Source of the DNA: Octopus vulgaris
Taxonomy: Eukaryota
Assembly (NCBI GenBank): GCA_951406725.2
Contig: OX597815.1
Coordinates: 168,640,001 to 168,704,000, forward strand
Direction of reading: 5' to 3'
DNA length: 64,000 bases
Within the stretch, counting starts at the first letter, position 1, and each line of letters starts with the position of its first letter. Positions 27,474 to 40,435 of this stretch are shown one piece after another. The position numbers and the translations under genes were made by a program. Under the pieces are notes generated by a model. It was not told where the DNA came from and searched no databases. It saw only the letters and a program-made list of their open reading frames with translations.

Positions 27474-28073
27474 AAAATCATCCGTGAAAAGATTGAAGCT
27501 AAGAAAAAGGCGGAAGCTGCTGAAGCTGAAATGGAGAAAGATGAAGACAACCCAAACAATGAGAATGGAGAAGAAAGAGAAAATGTTGATGATGAACATA
27601 TTGAAGATGATGATGAGGAGGAGGAGGAAGATACTTGTAAAGATGATGAGGATGAAGAAATTAAAGATGAACGCCTTGAAGCCGACATGAAATCAGATGA
27701 AGAAAATCAAGACTATGAGGGAGAATTAGAAAAGACTTTAATAGATGAAAGTAAAGATGAAGATACTATTGTAGATGAGGATAATAATATTGAAGACTTG
27801 GAAGAAGAGCTAGAGGAGGAAGTAAATGAGGAGGTCGAACATGAGGAGTGTGAAGAAGTGGAAGAGAGGAAAGAGGAAGAGGAAACTGCTGTGCTTGATG
27901 AACAGATTGAGAGGGTAGAGGAAGCTGATGAACGGCCAGCAATCGAAGAGGAGATGGAAAGGAAAAATGAGGTTTTCCCCATTGAAGGAGAGGAAGAAGT
28001 TCCAGTTGTCAGTACAAAAACAAGAAGCCGAAGTAGAAGCCGGGGACGTGGTCGTGGCAAGGGAAAGAAATAA
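27474..28073 (+). CDS. Terminal exon of matrin-type ZnF gene: D/E-rich disordered tail ending TRSRSRSRGRGRGKGKK*
   Basis: tgttttcag acceptor at 27473, phase 0, within ORF 27396..28073; TAA stop. Confidence 0.92.
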   Translation, partial: KIIREKIEAKKKAEAAEAEMEKDEDNPNNENGEERENVDDEHIEDDDEEEEEDTCKDDEDEEIKDERLEADMKSDEENQDYEGELEKTLIDESKDEDTIVDEDNNIEDLEEELEEEVNEEVEHEECEEVEERKEEEETAVLDEQIERVEEADERPAIEEEMERKNEVFPIEGEEEVPVVSTKTRSRSRSRGRGRGKGKK

Positions 28074-28198
28074 TTTGCCATTATCACCACTACCATGTCT
28101 CCTTTGAAATATTCAAGTCATAACCATTCAGTCATTACACATGCTCATTTCACGCATGCACACACACATACATACATACATACATAAATATACATATA

Positions 28199-28241
<43 letters not shown>

Positions 28242-28727
28242 ATACTTCTGTTTAATATTTTGTTAGGACTGAGACACAGTTGTGCATTATGTTTTGTAAG
28301 AATGTAGATAGAGAATATGTTTCTTTCTTTCATTGTCTATTTAAATTTTTTCTTCTGTTAAATTTTTTAAATTTCTTTTTTATTCTAATCTTTTTTTTTT
28401 TTCTTTACATCTAGTCAAACTAGGGTGTTGGGCTTGTTGGGTAGCAGAAGTTTAGTCTTAAAGTGAGCAAACATTTTTAGTGGACCTGTATGATACCAAA
28501 TTTTTAATATAAAGATCATAAAAGAATTATCACTAATTGAGACTTACCATAAAATTGATTTTGTTTATACACACACATGCTAATTTTGAGATTTTAAGAT
28601 AGCAACATAAATATTAAAATGATATTACTTTATGGGTATTTTCTTAAAATTCAGCTGACAGAAACACATATCAAATGGAAATCACTGTTATTGTAAGAAA
28701 CAAACTATTAATACTATTACTAATTAA

Positions 28728-28946
28728 CCCTTTAGTGTTCAGATTATTCTATCAAACATAATGCTTATTGATTCCCATTGATTTGAATTAATCATGCATT
28801 ATCTCATATCTTCAAGAGCTTGATGGTGTAATTACTTAATGTAGAATAACATTGTAAGGTAGGTGTGAGAGCCTGGATCTGGTCAGTTTGAACATAAAAC
28901 AGATTAGCTATTTTGGCCGGATATGGCCGGTTTAAATACTAAAGGG
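28728..28946. mobile_element. piggyBac-type MITE, family B (in putative 3'UTR)
   Basis: TTAA|ccctttagtgtt...aatactaaaggg|TTAA. Confidence 0.88.
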
Positions 28947-30467
28947 TTAATATCAACAACTACTCAAGCAGAAAGGTTTCACTGGCATAAGGAGAGATGC
29001 CTAAAGAAACATTATTTATGCAGTCTTTTCCACTGTAGCAGGTAAAATCCATCATGCAGTAGGGAATTGGTAACCCACCAAGAGGTCTATTGTTGCTACT
29101 TTCTGAGTTTTGTTTCCTCTAAATTTTTTTTTACTACATTGGAACTTAAATCTTATTAAAGTTATTTACCAAATGCTGACATTATAATTATCACTTAAAA
29201 CTCTTAAAATCTGAACCATACCTTTCTGTCAGTGGTTCAGATTTTTATCTGAAAATCTATTTTTAAATCTGTGATTCTGTTGACTTTGTGGGAAAGTGTA
29301 TAAAAAAAAAAAGCAATTAGCCAAAGTTGTTAGTATTTGGATTTTTTTTTTTTTGTGTTGTTTCATTTTTATTGAAGAGAAATAACATATAAGTGGTTTG
29401 ATGTTGATATGATTCAGAAGTAAATTTAGAGCTTTAAAATATTACCTTAGTAACATTTTGAATAATCAGCCATATGAAAACTCTATTATGTTTCATATAC
29501 AATAATTTTTTTTGTTCATTCATGATTTGTACAGCTTAAAGTCAGACATTTTAAATTTATCATAAATTCCATAATTGAATTTGTTTTATGACAGTAAATA
29601 TTTAGAACTATCTCAGCATTGTAGTTGGATGAATTGATGAAAAACTTCATCTTTTTATTGTTTTCTGGGGTTCTTTTTTTGTGTATACGTGTGCAAACAC
29701 CACACACACACACACACACACACACACTATTTTAAGTAGAAACTAGTTAAATTTTCAAGCTTTGTCATTTCTGTCTTGATGGTATTTTCTAGCATATTCT
29801 ACAATAAAATACTTGTAGTATTAATTTTTATGAAATTTCTTTACTAGCCATTAAGTTACACTTAGGTATGTTTCTATGTAAATTATTGATCATGTCCATA
29901 TGGGTATATTGTTAATAATATTTTAAATGCCATATAGTTAATTTACATTTTTATAAGTCATATGACTAACCTAATGTCTATATTAGAAAATTTTATCAGT
30001 ATTTTTTATTTATTTTATTTATTCTTTTGGCAAGAGGTGAGTATGTGCAAGAGTTACATCTTTTGCTCCAACATTGCTTTTGTTGAAAAGTTTTCACAAT
30101 GACAACTTTATATCTGTGATGCCATTAATTCATCATTATCATTTGAAGCAAAAAGACAGTATAACCATTTGAAATGATGCAGCTGTTGTCTAAGAAAACT
30201 TGAGATCTTCTCATTTCTAATTGCTGTATTTCATTTTTGATTTTAATTTTTAATTTTTTTTTGATGCCTGAGTTTTTCTTAAATCTCATGCCATAACAGG
30301 CATTTTCAGAGTGGCCTAAACATTGGCTTATTGTATGATCTGTGGTACTGCATAATAAATGAAAGGCTTCAAACCTTGATTGATTACAAAGAGGTATATT
30401 CATTGGGCAATAGAAAATAAATTTAAAAACAAACAAAAAAAAAATAGATTTCAAGAAAGAAATATAT

Positions 30468-30473
30468 AATAAA
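30468..30473 (+). promoter_or_regulatory. Candidate polyadenylation signal of the ZnF gene
   Basis: AATAAA followed by T-rich sequence about 2.4 kb after the stop; other AATAAA hexamers exist (e.g. ~29803, ~30416). Confidence 0.3.
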
Positions 30474-33400
30474 ACTTTCATTGTATTTTTTTAAAACTCG
30501 TCATTAAAAAAAAAAAAAAAAAATTTTCTTTCAATTCTTCACTGTTTTTTCCTATTAATAATATCTTTCTTCCAAAACCCGGTGCTCTTTCAGAGTTCTT
30601 GTTCTTTGTGCTTTTGGCTTAATGTGATTGCCCTTTCTCTATTGCTTAAAACTAGTGTTATTAACTTACTGCCATCTCTCTAAGTCTATTTAGCAGTAAA
30701 GAGAAAAATGGTTTCACCTCTTTGTCTTAATAAGCTGGGGAGGAAAATTTCAAAAATGATTGTTTTCATTGAAATGTTAGCTTTCTCTTAATATATCCTA
30801 AAGTATCTTTTTAGAAGTTAGTTTTATGTTCAATTTTTTGACATAGCAGTGCTTCTGTACCAATTATTCTTAATGAAAATTCTATTTACATCATGATGCT
30901 TTCTTGTTATTAAAGTAGTGTTTATACATTGGTTTAGTTGTACTAAAACCTAAATAAACCAAGCCTTCTTACAAGGTTTTAAGGTTTGTTAATTGCTCTT
31001 CTGCAGAAAATCATGATATTGTGAATTAAATGTATTCTAAATTACCTTCATAAGACTTGTGGTTTTATCGGTTGTAAAGTTGTCAATCCGAAGTATGTTC
31101 AGTTTTTTGCTTTGAGAAACACAAACACCATTGTGTTATTGGATGGTGGCCAGAAATGATCTGACTATACAATAAATCAATTGCAGAAACTTTATTTCAC
31201 AGTGCCTCACTTTGGATAATTGTTTTCAGTCATTTTCGTTTTTAAAATATGTACGTATTGTGGCTGGAAAGTACATCATAGCTTTACACACAAACACACT
31301 CCCTCTCTCTCTCTCTCTTTTCAATTATTGACAAAAGAACTAAGATGGGAAGGCTGGGTTAAAAGAAACTTGTTTCATCAAAGGCAAATCTTAAGCTTAA
31401 CTATTGCTACTTTATAAACAGTTTATTGATAGCAATCCTCCTTTAGTTTCTGACATTTAACTTTCCACAGATTGATCTTGTTTGTATGTAAGAAAGTGCA
31501 TTCACTTTTGCAAAGTCAAGAACTAGAAAGGCTGTTTCAGAATTTTACATACTGCCAAATCTGTTATGTTGCTGTAGTGTGTTGTTCCACAGATCAAACT
31601 ATTTGGTTGTGAATGAGAGTCTCACTCAACTACCTTCAAATTTTTAATCACAAGCAATTTTGGGTGATTTTTGGAGCGAATATAATTAACTTAGAAGTGA
31701 AAAGTTAATCTTAGTGTGTTCTGAATCTTTGGAGTAACACCCATTTTTTTTTGCTTCCTTTTAAAGGCTTATTTTGTTGGAACTATCTGATGCTGACACC
31801 CTAAAATGGCTGGCTTAATTCTGTTCATTGTCACATTTAGATTTTGTTAAGCTTTCCTTCATCCCCTGTCTGATTATGACAATCAATTGAAATAATATCC
31901 TAAGTGATGTCAGGGTGGAAATAGGATAATAGTAGATATTTATTACCTTTGTTTATTTTATTTGGACATTTTATTATTTTACAATTTACGACTTTATTCA
32001 TTAACTGCTTGTCATTGACTGCAATATAATTTATTGGGCTTTTTCTTGTCCCTTGTAAGATAAATTGCAGCTGTTATTTGGACCAAGAAAAAGGTTAAGC
32101 CTTTTCCTTTTAAGTGTATGGTTGCTTATATACTTTTGCCCATTATGGTACATCTGCTTTTATTTTAATTGTTAATTTTTTTTTTTAACCCTTACTGAAC
32201 CAACCACCATAAATTTATTGTCAGTTTATTATTCCCTAAGTATGTCAACTTAAATCTCTCTCTTTCATTCCCAAATGCTTATTATTATTATTAAAAAATA
32301 CCATACCTGATTTTATTGGTAGACAGTACAGAACCTTTTTACTGTCTCTAAAATTCCCCGTTGCCCCACCACCCATCTTTCTCGTGATTTTTTAAAGTGT
32401 TTCAAAGTAAGGGTTTTTAATTTATTGATCAACTATGTTTATTACTTTTTGTTATTGATGTTTTTTTTTCCTCTTTGTCCCAGTATAAGTTGTTTGAACC
32501 ACTGCACTGTATTTTGTCATCAGTTAAAGTGACTACTTTCGCTTGATGACAACTTTGTTTCCATTGTCATCTCTTGTCAGTTTATTGACTCCAAGTATTT
32601 GGACCTCTACTACTCACTTTAAACATTCTCAGCAGAATTATCAATCAAGTATTCTTATAAACTTTAAAAAAAAAAATATTAAAAAAATTACCAAACAAAC
32701 CAAAAAATAAAAGCCTCCCTGCAGTTTTGTTGGGCCATAGTTCCCTTCCCTTCATTGTAGTCATGTAGTAGCCACAATAAACATTGCCTTACTGGGATTT
32801 TCTGTACTTTGTCTCTTTATCCATGTCTTTTTTTTCTTTAAAATTTAAAAAAAGTTCATTTCAAGATGATGTAAGATTTTAGTGAAATGCATCATAGAAA
32901 AACAACTGATATATATATATTTCTGTACTGTTGAGTGAGAATGAATTTGTAGGTATGATTTGTCCAACCTAAGCCATATACTGAAAATGTTAAAGGCAGT
33001 TCTTGGTGAACTATTCCCTTCTATCACAAAAAATTATTAGATATGATCATAATATGAATCTTCTTTCCACAATGACACCTACTATTGTTTCTGGTGTACC
33101 AGGTCCATTGAGGATTACTTTTACATTATTCATCAATGGTACCATGCCAATGAAAAGTCTTAAAAAAGTTAAGCTATATTCTCAGCAATAGTTTTCAAAT
33201 CTGTCTGATATGAATATAGTCTAACACTGCCTAGTCATCATTAAGTGCTGAAATTGGAAGCATCTTATCAGGTTTCAATATGTGTGAACAGTCTTCCAAA
33301 CCTCTATTCTAAAATAGTTGTTTCTTCCACACTCTTCTCCTTTCACTACATTATATCTAACCACATGCACTTCTGTTCCACTCCATCATCTTCGTATCTA

Positions 33401-34860
33401 TCAACATGGAACTGTGATACCTGTTAAGCAGGATCCAACTTGGGATCTTCTTTGCTGTTGTCCAAATTCCATTAAATTACACTTTCTTCTTAAAATAATG
33501 ACCATTTGAAAAATGAAGTCCAACGGATACAAAAGGACTAGATGGTCGTGGCTGGGCTGCCTTTAATCATAGGTTCAATCAGGACTGAGGTTGTGTTATA
33601 GGATTTTCTTAAGTCATTACTTTGTATGTAATTTTTGTTTAACCCAACTAGTCTTATACTGAAAACTACACATCAAGAATCCACTGTAGCAAGTCATAAA
33701 AGACGGCAGTATGACGTAATGGTCGTTTTCCCGAACAAGCATAATTGTTGGTAATCCCATTGGTTAAAATTACTGCCCATATATGAATTCTAAACTTTTG
33801 TCAAAGAAATTTTTCACGAAATACAGTTCTTAGAATTCGGATATGAGCAGTTATAAAAACCCTGATTTTTGAGAAATTACTCAATGGTAGTTGGATGTTA
33901 CTAAACTCCATGACACTCACTCCTTGAGATATTGGCTATTTTTTTTATGCCTTGTCTATGACCTAAATCCAACAAGATTTATTTGAATTGTGAACTCTAG
34001 TAAGTATGAAGGATTAGCTAGTGTGAAATTTTAAGTCGTAACTCTCAACGACAAAATGACTTTACTTTCCAATTGTACTGTAAATGCTAAATGTACATAA
34101 ATAAACTAATGCAGTAATTATTTTCTCCATGTTCTTCAACTTAAGGAAATTTATTTCTGCAATTATGGAACTGTATTTTTTTTATAGCGGTTAAAAGAAC
34201 ATGAATTTATTTATCTTCAACATATATGCACGCATAAAATGTCCATTAGTGTTTCAGAGGATATATTTCTCACTATGGTGTTTATGTAGCTGGAGTCAGG
34301 ATTTATGTATAATGATGACACTTATAAGTAAGTTATAAGTGACGTGTTTATCAATATATATCTCTACTTCAAAAGTAAAATATATTTATTATCTATTTCC
34401 AAATAGGAAACACATAAATAAGATAACCATTACAAAAGTAGTGGTGCACAAACAGTAACCAAAACCATGACACCTAATCCTCAGTTACAGATCCTACATA
34501 ACCCTCAATTACCAAATAGAAGCTTTACAACCTTTTTTTCACTTTTATGGTACAAAATCTCTTAATTCATAGTCCTAAGAAGTTTCTAAGCCAGTGCTGG
34601 ATGGTGTTTTCAAATTGTAGACAATAAAACTAGAAGGAGCACATTTGCCTAACAAGCAAAATTTCACACCACTTATCATACTTAGCTCTCTTCCTCCTGT
34701 CCTTTTCATTTATTTAACCCTACTCCAGAGCCTGTACATAATACTTTGTATGTTTCTTCCACATCAAAACTCAAGAAGTTTTTACTTCATTGTTTCCTCT
34801 TCAAATGCCTATTTGCAACAAATTCTAACTGATCCTTAACTGTATTCATTTTAACCAGCC

Positions 34861-35025
34861 ATCATCATCCTCATTGTCCACCTTTCATACTAGCATTGGT
34901 TAGGTGGTTTGACAAGAGCCTGCACCAGAGTTCTGTGTCTGTTTTGGCAGGGTTTTTACAGCTAGATGCCCTTCCTAACACCAACCACCCAGCAGAATGG
35001 ACTGAGTGCTTTTTACATGGCACAA
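34861..35025 (-). mobile_element. Diverged RTE-type 3' end
   Basis: catcatc tail plus gatgcccttcctaacaccaaccac core in reverse orientation. Confidence 0.7.
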
Positions 35026-35091
35026 GCACAGGTGAGGGTAGAGTGGTGAGGGGGACAAGGACTAACACTAAGATTATATATATATATATAT

Positions 35092-35673
35092 GTGGCACAT
35101 AAAAAGCACCAACCGATCGTGGGATCTCGCTGTGCTTGAGGAGACCTGTTGAGTCAAGTGCATGTACATGAACATCGAACCAAATATCAATGGAAACAGT
35201 AGTAGTTGTGATACCTGTGCCGGTGACACATAAAAAGCACCATCCGAACGTGGCCGTCGCCAGTGCAGCCTCCACTGGCTTCTGTGCCGGTGGCACATAA
35301 AAAGCACCATCCGAACGTGACCGATGCCAACCCCGCCTCGAATGGGTTCTGTGCCGGTGGCACATAAAAAGCAACATCCGAACGTGGCCGATGCCAGCAC
35401 CGCCCCGACTGGCTTCTGTGCCGGTAGCACAAAAAAAACAAAAAAACAAGCACCAACTGATCGTGGCCGATGCCAGACCCCTCTGGCACCTGTGCAGGTG
35501 GCACGTAAAAAGCACCCACTACACTCGCGGAGTGGTTGGCGTTAGGAAGGGCATCCAGTTGTAGAAACACTGCCAGACCAGACTGGAGCCTGGGGCAGCC
35601 CCTGGCTCCCCACAACCCGGTCGAACCGTCCAACCCGTGCTAGCGCGGAAAACGGACGTTAAACGATGATGAT
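35092..35673 (+). mobile_element. RTE-type LINE 3'UTR with ~67-bp tandem units
   Basis: taaaaagcac-type motif at 35100, 35231, 35298, 35365 and 35506; shared 3' terminus and gatgatgat tail. Confidence 0.88.
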
Positions 35674-35685
35674 ATACACACATAC

Positions 35686-35815
35686 AGTTTCTGTCTAACA
35701 AATTTACTCATAAAGCATTTGTTAACCTAGGGCTGTAGTAGAAGACATTTGCCCAAGTCTCCATGCAGTGAGACTGAACCCAAAGCCACATGGTTGCAAG
35801 GTAAGCTTCTTAACC
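35686..35815 (-). mobile_element. Third tRNA-derived SINE family, decayed (related copies ~26797-26930 +, ~10306-10400 -)
   Basis: Minus strand reads gggttcagtctcactgcatggagacttgggcaaatgtcttctactacagccctagg. Confidence 0.6.
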
Positions 35816-37476
35816 TCATTTGTACCTATACTTTTCATGATTTCCTTATGAGTTTTAAAATAGGTAAGTTTTTTCAAAATTATAATTAAGCATAGATGAA
35901 AGAATTGATGGAACCCTGATATAAATGCTATTTTTTTTGCTTCAATGTAGCCAATTCCAAGAGAGAAGAATTGATATCAGTGTTTGGTACTTCATAGAAA
36001 AAAGAGAAAATGTTGGTCTTCATGAGATTTGAACTTGGCACATAACTTAAATAAATACTTTATGATTTTAGCTGGTGCTGACAACTTCTAAATTACAGCC
36101 TTAGCTATATTTAACAAAACTTAATGATTGCATTTTCAGAATCTACTATTGGCCTTTAAAAAAAATATTTTAGTACACTGACAGTTTATAATAAGGGCCT
36201 ATATATATATATATATATAATCATTTTAATGTCCACACTTTTTCATGTTTACATTCATCAGACAGAATTTGTCGAGGCAGACTTTCTATAGCTGGGTGCC
36301 TTTTTTTTGTTGCTAACTCTCGCCTGTTTCCAAGCAAAGTAATATTTTCCTTGGTTAAAACGAACACCACCTGTATGATGGTGATGCTCATTTACAATTA
36401 TGTGATGTCAAGTTAAGGAAACATCTACATGGTGGAAGTCAACTTGTGACCAAGCAAGACCACTTCCTAAACTCAGTAAGTCCATGCCAAGTCCAAAAAG
36501 TTATGCATGAATTTGTTTTGAGTGGATAAAGTGTTGCACAACACTGAACCCACTTTTCAGTGTAGTCAACCATAAAACCAGAGGAACAATAGAGGTTGAG
36601 ACAACCAGAAACAAACTACACATCAGGCTTTATATATATATATATACAAGTTTACCTTCTAGAAGGAAGTACAGAGAAGAACTGGGAGTCTTTCACTCCC
36701 AGTGGTTCATATGCAAATTAATCCATAGCTGGGACCATAGTAGGTGCTACTACTCTGGGTCAAAATAGACCAGGGAACAACAGTGACTAAAAGCTGGTTC
36801 CACACTTCTTGAAACCCTGGAACTCCCATACCAGAGCTCTGTTACTAGATGCTTACAATTTTTCATGATTTCCTTATTGTTCTGAAGTTGGTAATAGGTT
36901 TTTTCAAAATTATTATTAAGCATGGGTAAAAGAATTGATGGGATCCTTGTATACATGACAGGCTTTTAGTTTCTGTCTGCCACTTTGGTTGATTTGGGGT
37001 TATTGAACAGTATTTGGCATAAAATCTTCAGATTCACCATTCTTGATAAACATTTGAACAGCAAACATGCAATGTATACAGGTCCAAACTATGATGGTAA
37101 TTGGTTTATAGGTTTTTTCTTCTTGTCCTTACATTTGCTGTTGAAACAATTATCAAGGATGGTGAATCTGAGGTTTTTGCCACACCTTGCAGAAGTCACC
37201 TGACCAATGGAACCAAACCTGAAAATTATGTGTGTATTAGTGTTTGTGCTCAAGCACTTTTCACTGTCAACATATTTTTGACTCACCACTCATTACTTAT
37301 TTCAGTACAGCTGTCTTTTTTCTTTTCCTACCCTTTTGCATACATTAGGCAATGTATCTTATATGCAGCCTATCTCTTCAACTCATTCGATGCTGTTTTA
37401 TGCATGCCAATGTTACATATTCAATAGATGAAATCTAATTAGCCACTCTCCTATCTCTGCAGATCTTTATTCAATA

Positions 37477-37757
37477 CTAGCAGTATCGCCCAGCATTGCT
37501 CAGGTTTGTTTTGACCCTTTAGAATTGGAATTTTGAAAAGTAAAAATTTTGCATTATGTAGCTTGTTATTCTCTTTACGTGAACATTTTTCTAGTTGAAA
37601 TACACCGAAAAATGGCGACACAGCAGTAAAAAAAATCGTAAAAAATAGGGATTTTCATAGAAAAAAATGGACCTTTTTGACGTAAGTAATTTTTGGTGTT
37701 AACATGGTCCGATTTGAATTTTTTCTTCTATGGAAGGAAGAGCAAGCCTTCTTCTAT
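37477..37757 (-). mobile_element. Helitron-like 3' fragment
   Basis: a|ctagcagtatcgcccagcattgctcagg: CTAG terminus with a degenerate subterminal hairpin; far end approximate. Confidence 0.5.
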
Positions 37758-37861
37758 TAGCATCCCACATCTATAAGGAGACCTACTTATAATACACATA
37801 AACCTAAGACTTAATTTCCGTGTCATAGTGGACCACTTTATGAGCGATCATGGTGATTTAA

Positions 37862-38028
37862 CTCTTAAGCATTCAGATTATTCTGTCAAATGTAATGCTT
37901 GCACATTGTTTTGAATTAGTCCTATATTATCTCATACGTTTGGGATTTCAGTGATGTGATTGCTTAATTTTAGAATGACACAGATTGAATGTGAAAGGCC
38001 AGATCTCGACAGTTTAAATGCTAAAGGG
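37862..38028. mobile_element. piggyBac-type MITE, family B (shortened)
   Basis: agcattcagattattctgtcaaatgtaatgctt...gtttaaatgctaaaggg. Confidence 0.75.
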
Positions 38029-38898
38029 TCAACTTGGTAGCCAATGTAACCAATACTGAGGTCTTTATAGGGTAATTCCACATTATACACAATATCAGCA
38101 GTTAATGTCACAGAGTAGGAAACAAGAGAAGCTTATTTATCTGGATATTCTCTTCCTACCAAGATTGAGTGATGCATATAAATGGCTTGTACTGTTCCTG
38201 AAGTGAATGCTCAGCCTAGTATTCAAAAGGCAGATAACACTGTACACATATCTTTGTGTTCCATGTACTCTACGCTGAATTCTTTCTTACAGATTTGAAA
38301 CTGGTTCTTTACCAAGTGAGGATCTTTTACACATGGTTTATATGTGTGTGTGTTACCTAATGGATTAGGGTGTTTGGTGATGGACACGACAGTGAGGTAG
38401 ATGGAGGTTTCAGTCTCAGGTAGGGATTAGTGATATGATCTCATTTAGTTTTATTTTTCTCTAGAGATGTGTTAAAAGGAGGAAGAAAAAAAACCAATCA
38501 GTATAGGCCATGAGCCAAGATCGATCCTTTGTCCAAGGGGTATATGTGCTGCTATGTCTGTATGTCTTTACCCACAGGACCATTGAGACAATAGCAATAG
38601 CTAGTTTGAAAATGATATATTTAAATCTTATATAGCTATTTGATATGGTGGTGTTCATGGTTTTCTGTGACTTTAGCAATATTTGAGGGGAGTGTGAAAT
38701 GCTCCAGAAAACAACATGCTACCTGATCCAGGAATTGATCTCACAGCCTTAATGATTATAAGCTGAACACCCTAACCACAAGGCCATGCAATTTCATGGC
38801 AAAGTCAGTAGAGTGATGGGTTGATTTCCATTTATATCCTGGATTCAAGTCTATCTTAGCCTTTCATTCTTCTGGGGTCAATAAAATAAAGTATGGGC

Positions 38899-39794
38899 CA
38901 TGACTGCTGAGGACATGCATAAGCTCGCAAGGAATGAATCCAGTATGATCCGATGGATGTGTAATGTCAGCGTGCGTACTTGAGAGAAAAGTTGGACCTA
39001 AGAAGCATCAGACATAGTGTGCAAGAGAGACGACTGCGCTGGTATGGTCATGTGGCGAGAATGGATGAGGGAACCTATGGAAGAGGTAGACCCAGGAAGA
39101 CCTGGGATGAAATGGTGAAGCATGACCTTTGAACATTAGGCCTCACCGAGGCAATGACTAGTGACCGAGACTTTTGGAAATATGCTGTGCTTGAGAAGAA
39201 CCAATAAGCCATTGAGACAATAACCTCGTGGCCTATGCCAGGGGTGTAACCAGCCTACTTAAGCATACCTTTCCTTCATTGTACACTAAACTCTGCTTGC
39301 GAAGACCTGTTGAGGCAAGTGAAATCGAAAGCGAAATCAAATTCAATGACTGGCATCCGTGCTAGTGGAGCGCGAAGAGCACCATCCGAGCATGATTGTT
39401 GCCAGAGCAGCTAACTGGTTTCTGTGCTGGTGGCACATAAAAGGCACCATTTGAGTGTGATCATTACCAGCATTGCCTTACTGGCACGTGAAAAAAACAT
39501 TCGAGCAGGTTGTTGCCAGTGCCGCTGGACTGGCTCCTGTGCAGGTAGCACATAAAAAACAGCATTTGAGCAGGGCTGTTGCCAGTATCGCCTAACTGGC
39601 CCCCATGCCGGTGACACGTAAAAGCACCCATTACACACTCGGAGTGGTTGGCGATAGGAAGGGCATCCAGCTGTAGAAACACTGCCAGATCAAGATTGGA
39701 GCCTAGTGCAGCCATCTGGTTTGCCAGCCATCAATCAAATCGTCCAACCCATGCTAGCATGTAAAGCAGACGTTAAACAACGATGATGATGATG
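38899..39794 (+). mobile_element. 5'-truncated RTE-type LINE (ORF C-terminal remnant + 3'UTR repeats)
   Basis: LARNE.SMIRWMCNVS, RLRWYGHVARMDE and GRPRKTWDEMVK remnants; tail gatgatgatgatga. Confidence 0.88.
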
Positions 39795-39821
39795 ACACAT
39801 TATATATATACACTATATATA

Positions 39822-40003
39822 TCATCATCATCATCATCATTTAACGTCCGTTTTCCGCGGTAGCATGGGTTGGACGGTTCGACCGGAGTCTGGGAAGCCA
39901 GGGCTGCACCAGGCTCCAGTCTGATCTGGCAGTGTTTCTACAGCTGGATGCCCTTCCTGATGCCAACCACTCCGCGAGTGCAGTGGGTGCTTTTTACATG
40001 CCA
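39822..40003 (-). mobile_element. RTE-type 3' end, tail-to-tail with the previous copy
   Basis: (catcat)n-ttaacgtccg...gtgggtgctttttacatgcc. Confidence 0.85.
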
Positions 40004-40095
40004 TATATATAATAATAATAGGGAATATAATTCCAAACTTACGGGTAAAAATTCAATTTAGCAATTCTAAATGAAATTTCACAATATATAATATA

Positions 40096-40431
40096 CTAGC
40101 ACTATGACCCGGCATATACAGCTGCATGTGTGCGCACATACACGCGAGTACTGTCCAAATCTCCGACCAATCACATACAGCTAGCTGGCATTCAATTGGC
40201 GTATCAAGTTTCGGGCATTTTGATTGGGTTTTGGATAGAAAATTCACAAAAAAGTCACTTCTATTGCTTTTTTAATGGCTTTGCAGGGTGACTGGGGAAA
40301 TGTAAAGATGTGCATGACCACCCTTGGACGGTTTTGAATGACCACAGTAAGTGCGAGCCCTCTAACTGAAAAATTGTGGATTTGTATAAAGGACACACAC
40401 ACAGACATTTTGCCATTTATATATATAGAGA
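40096..40431 (-). mobile_element. Non-autonomous Helitron-like element
   Basis: Minus strand A|TC start (tctctatatatataaatggcaaaatgtctgtgtgtg) and CTAG|T end with a GC-rich subterminal segment. Confidence 0.65.
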
Positions 40432-40435
40432 TGTA

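Noticed and set aside
27470-28096. Ser-rich minus-strand ORFs and the K/M-rich shifted ORF
   Set aside because: These are antisense or shifted shadows of the GAA/GAT-rich terminal exon.
32845-33510. Cluster of short ORFs, possibly a minus-strand LINE RT relic
   Set aside because: The motifs are too decayed to support a call.
35092-35520. CRISPR-like array
   Set aside because: The 'spacers' are homologous to each other, the array sits in a LINE 3'UTR seen three times in the window, the DNA is eukaryotic and there are no cas genes.
34871-35701. Overlapping 100-214-aa repetitive ORFs (also 46833-47449)
   Set aside because: These are translations of GC-rich tandem units in the RTE 3'UTR, open in several frames on both strands.
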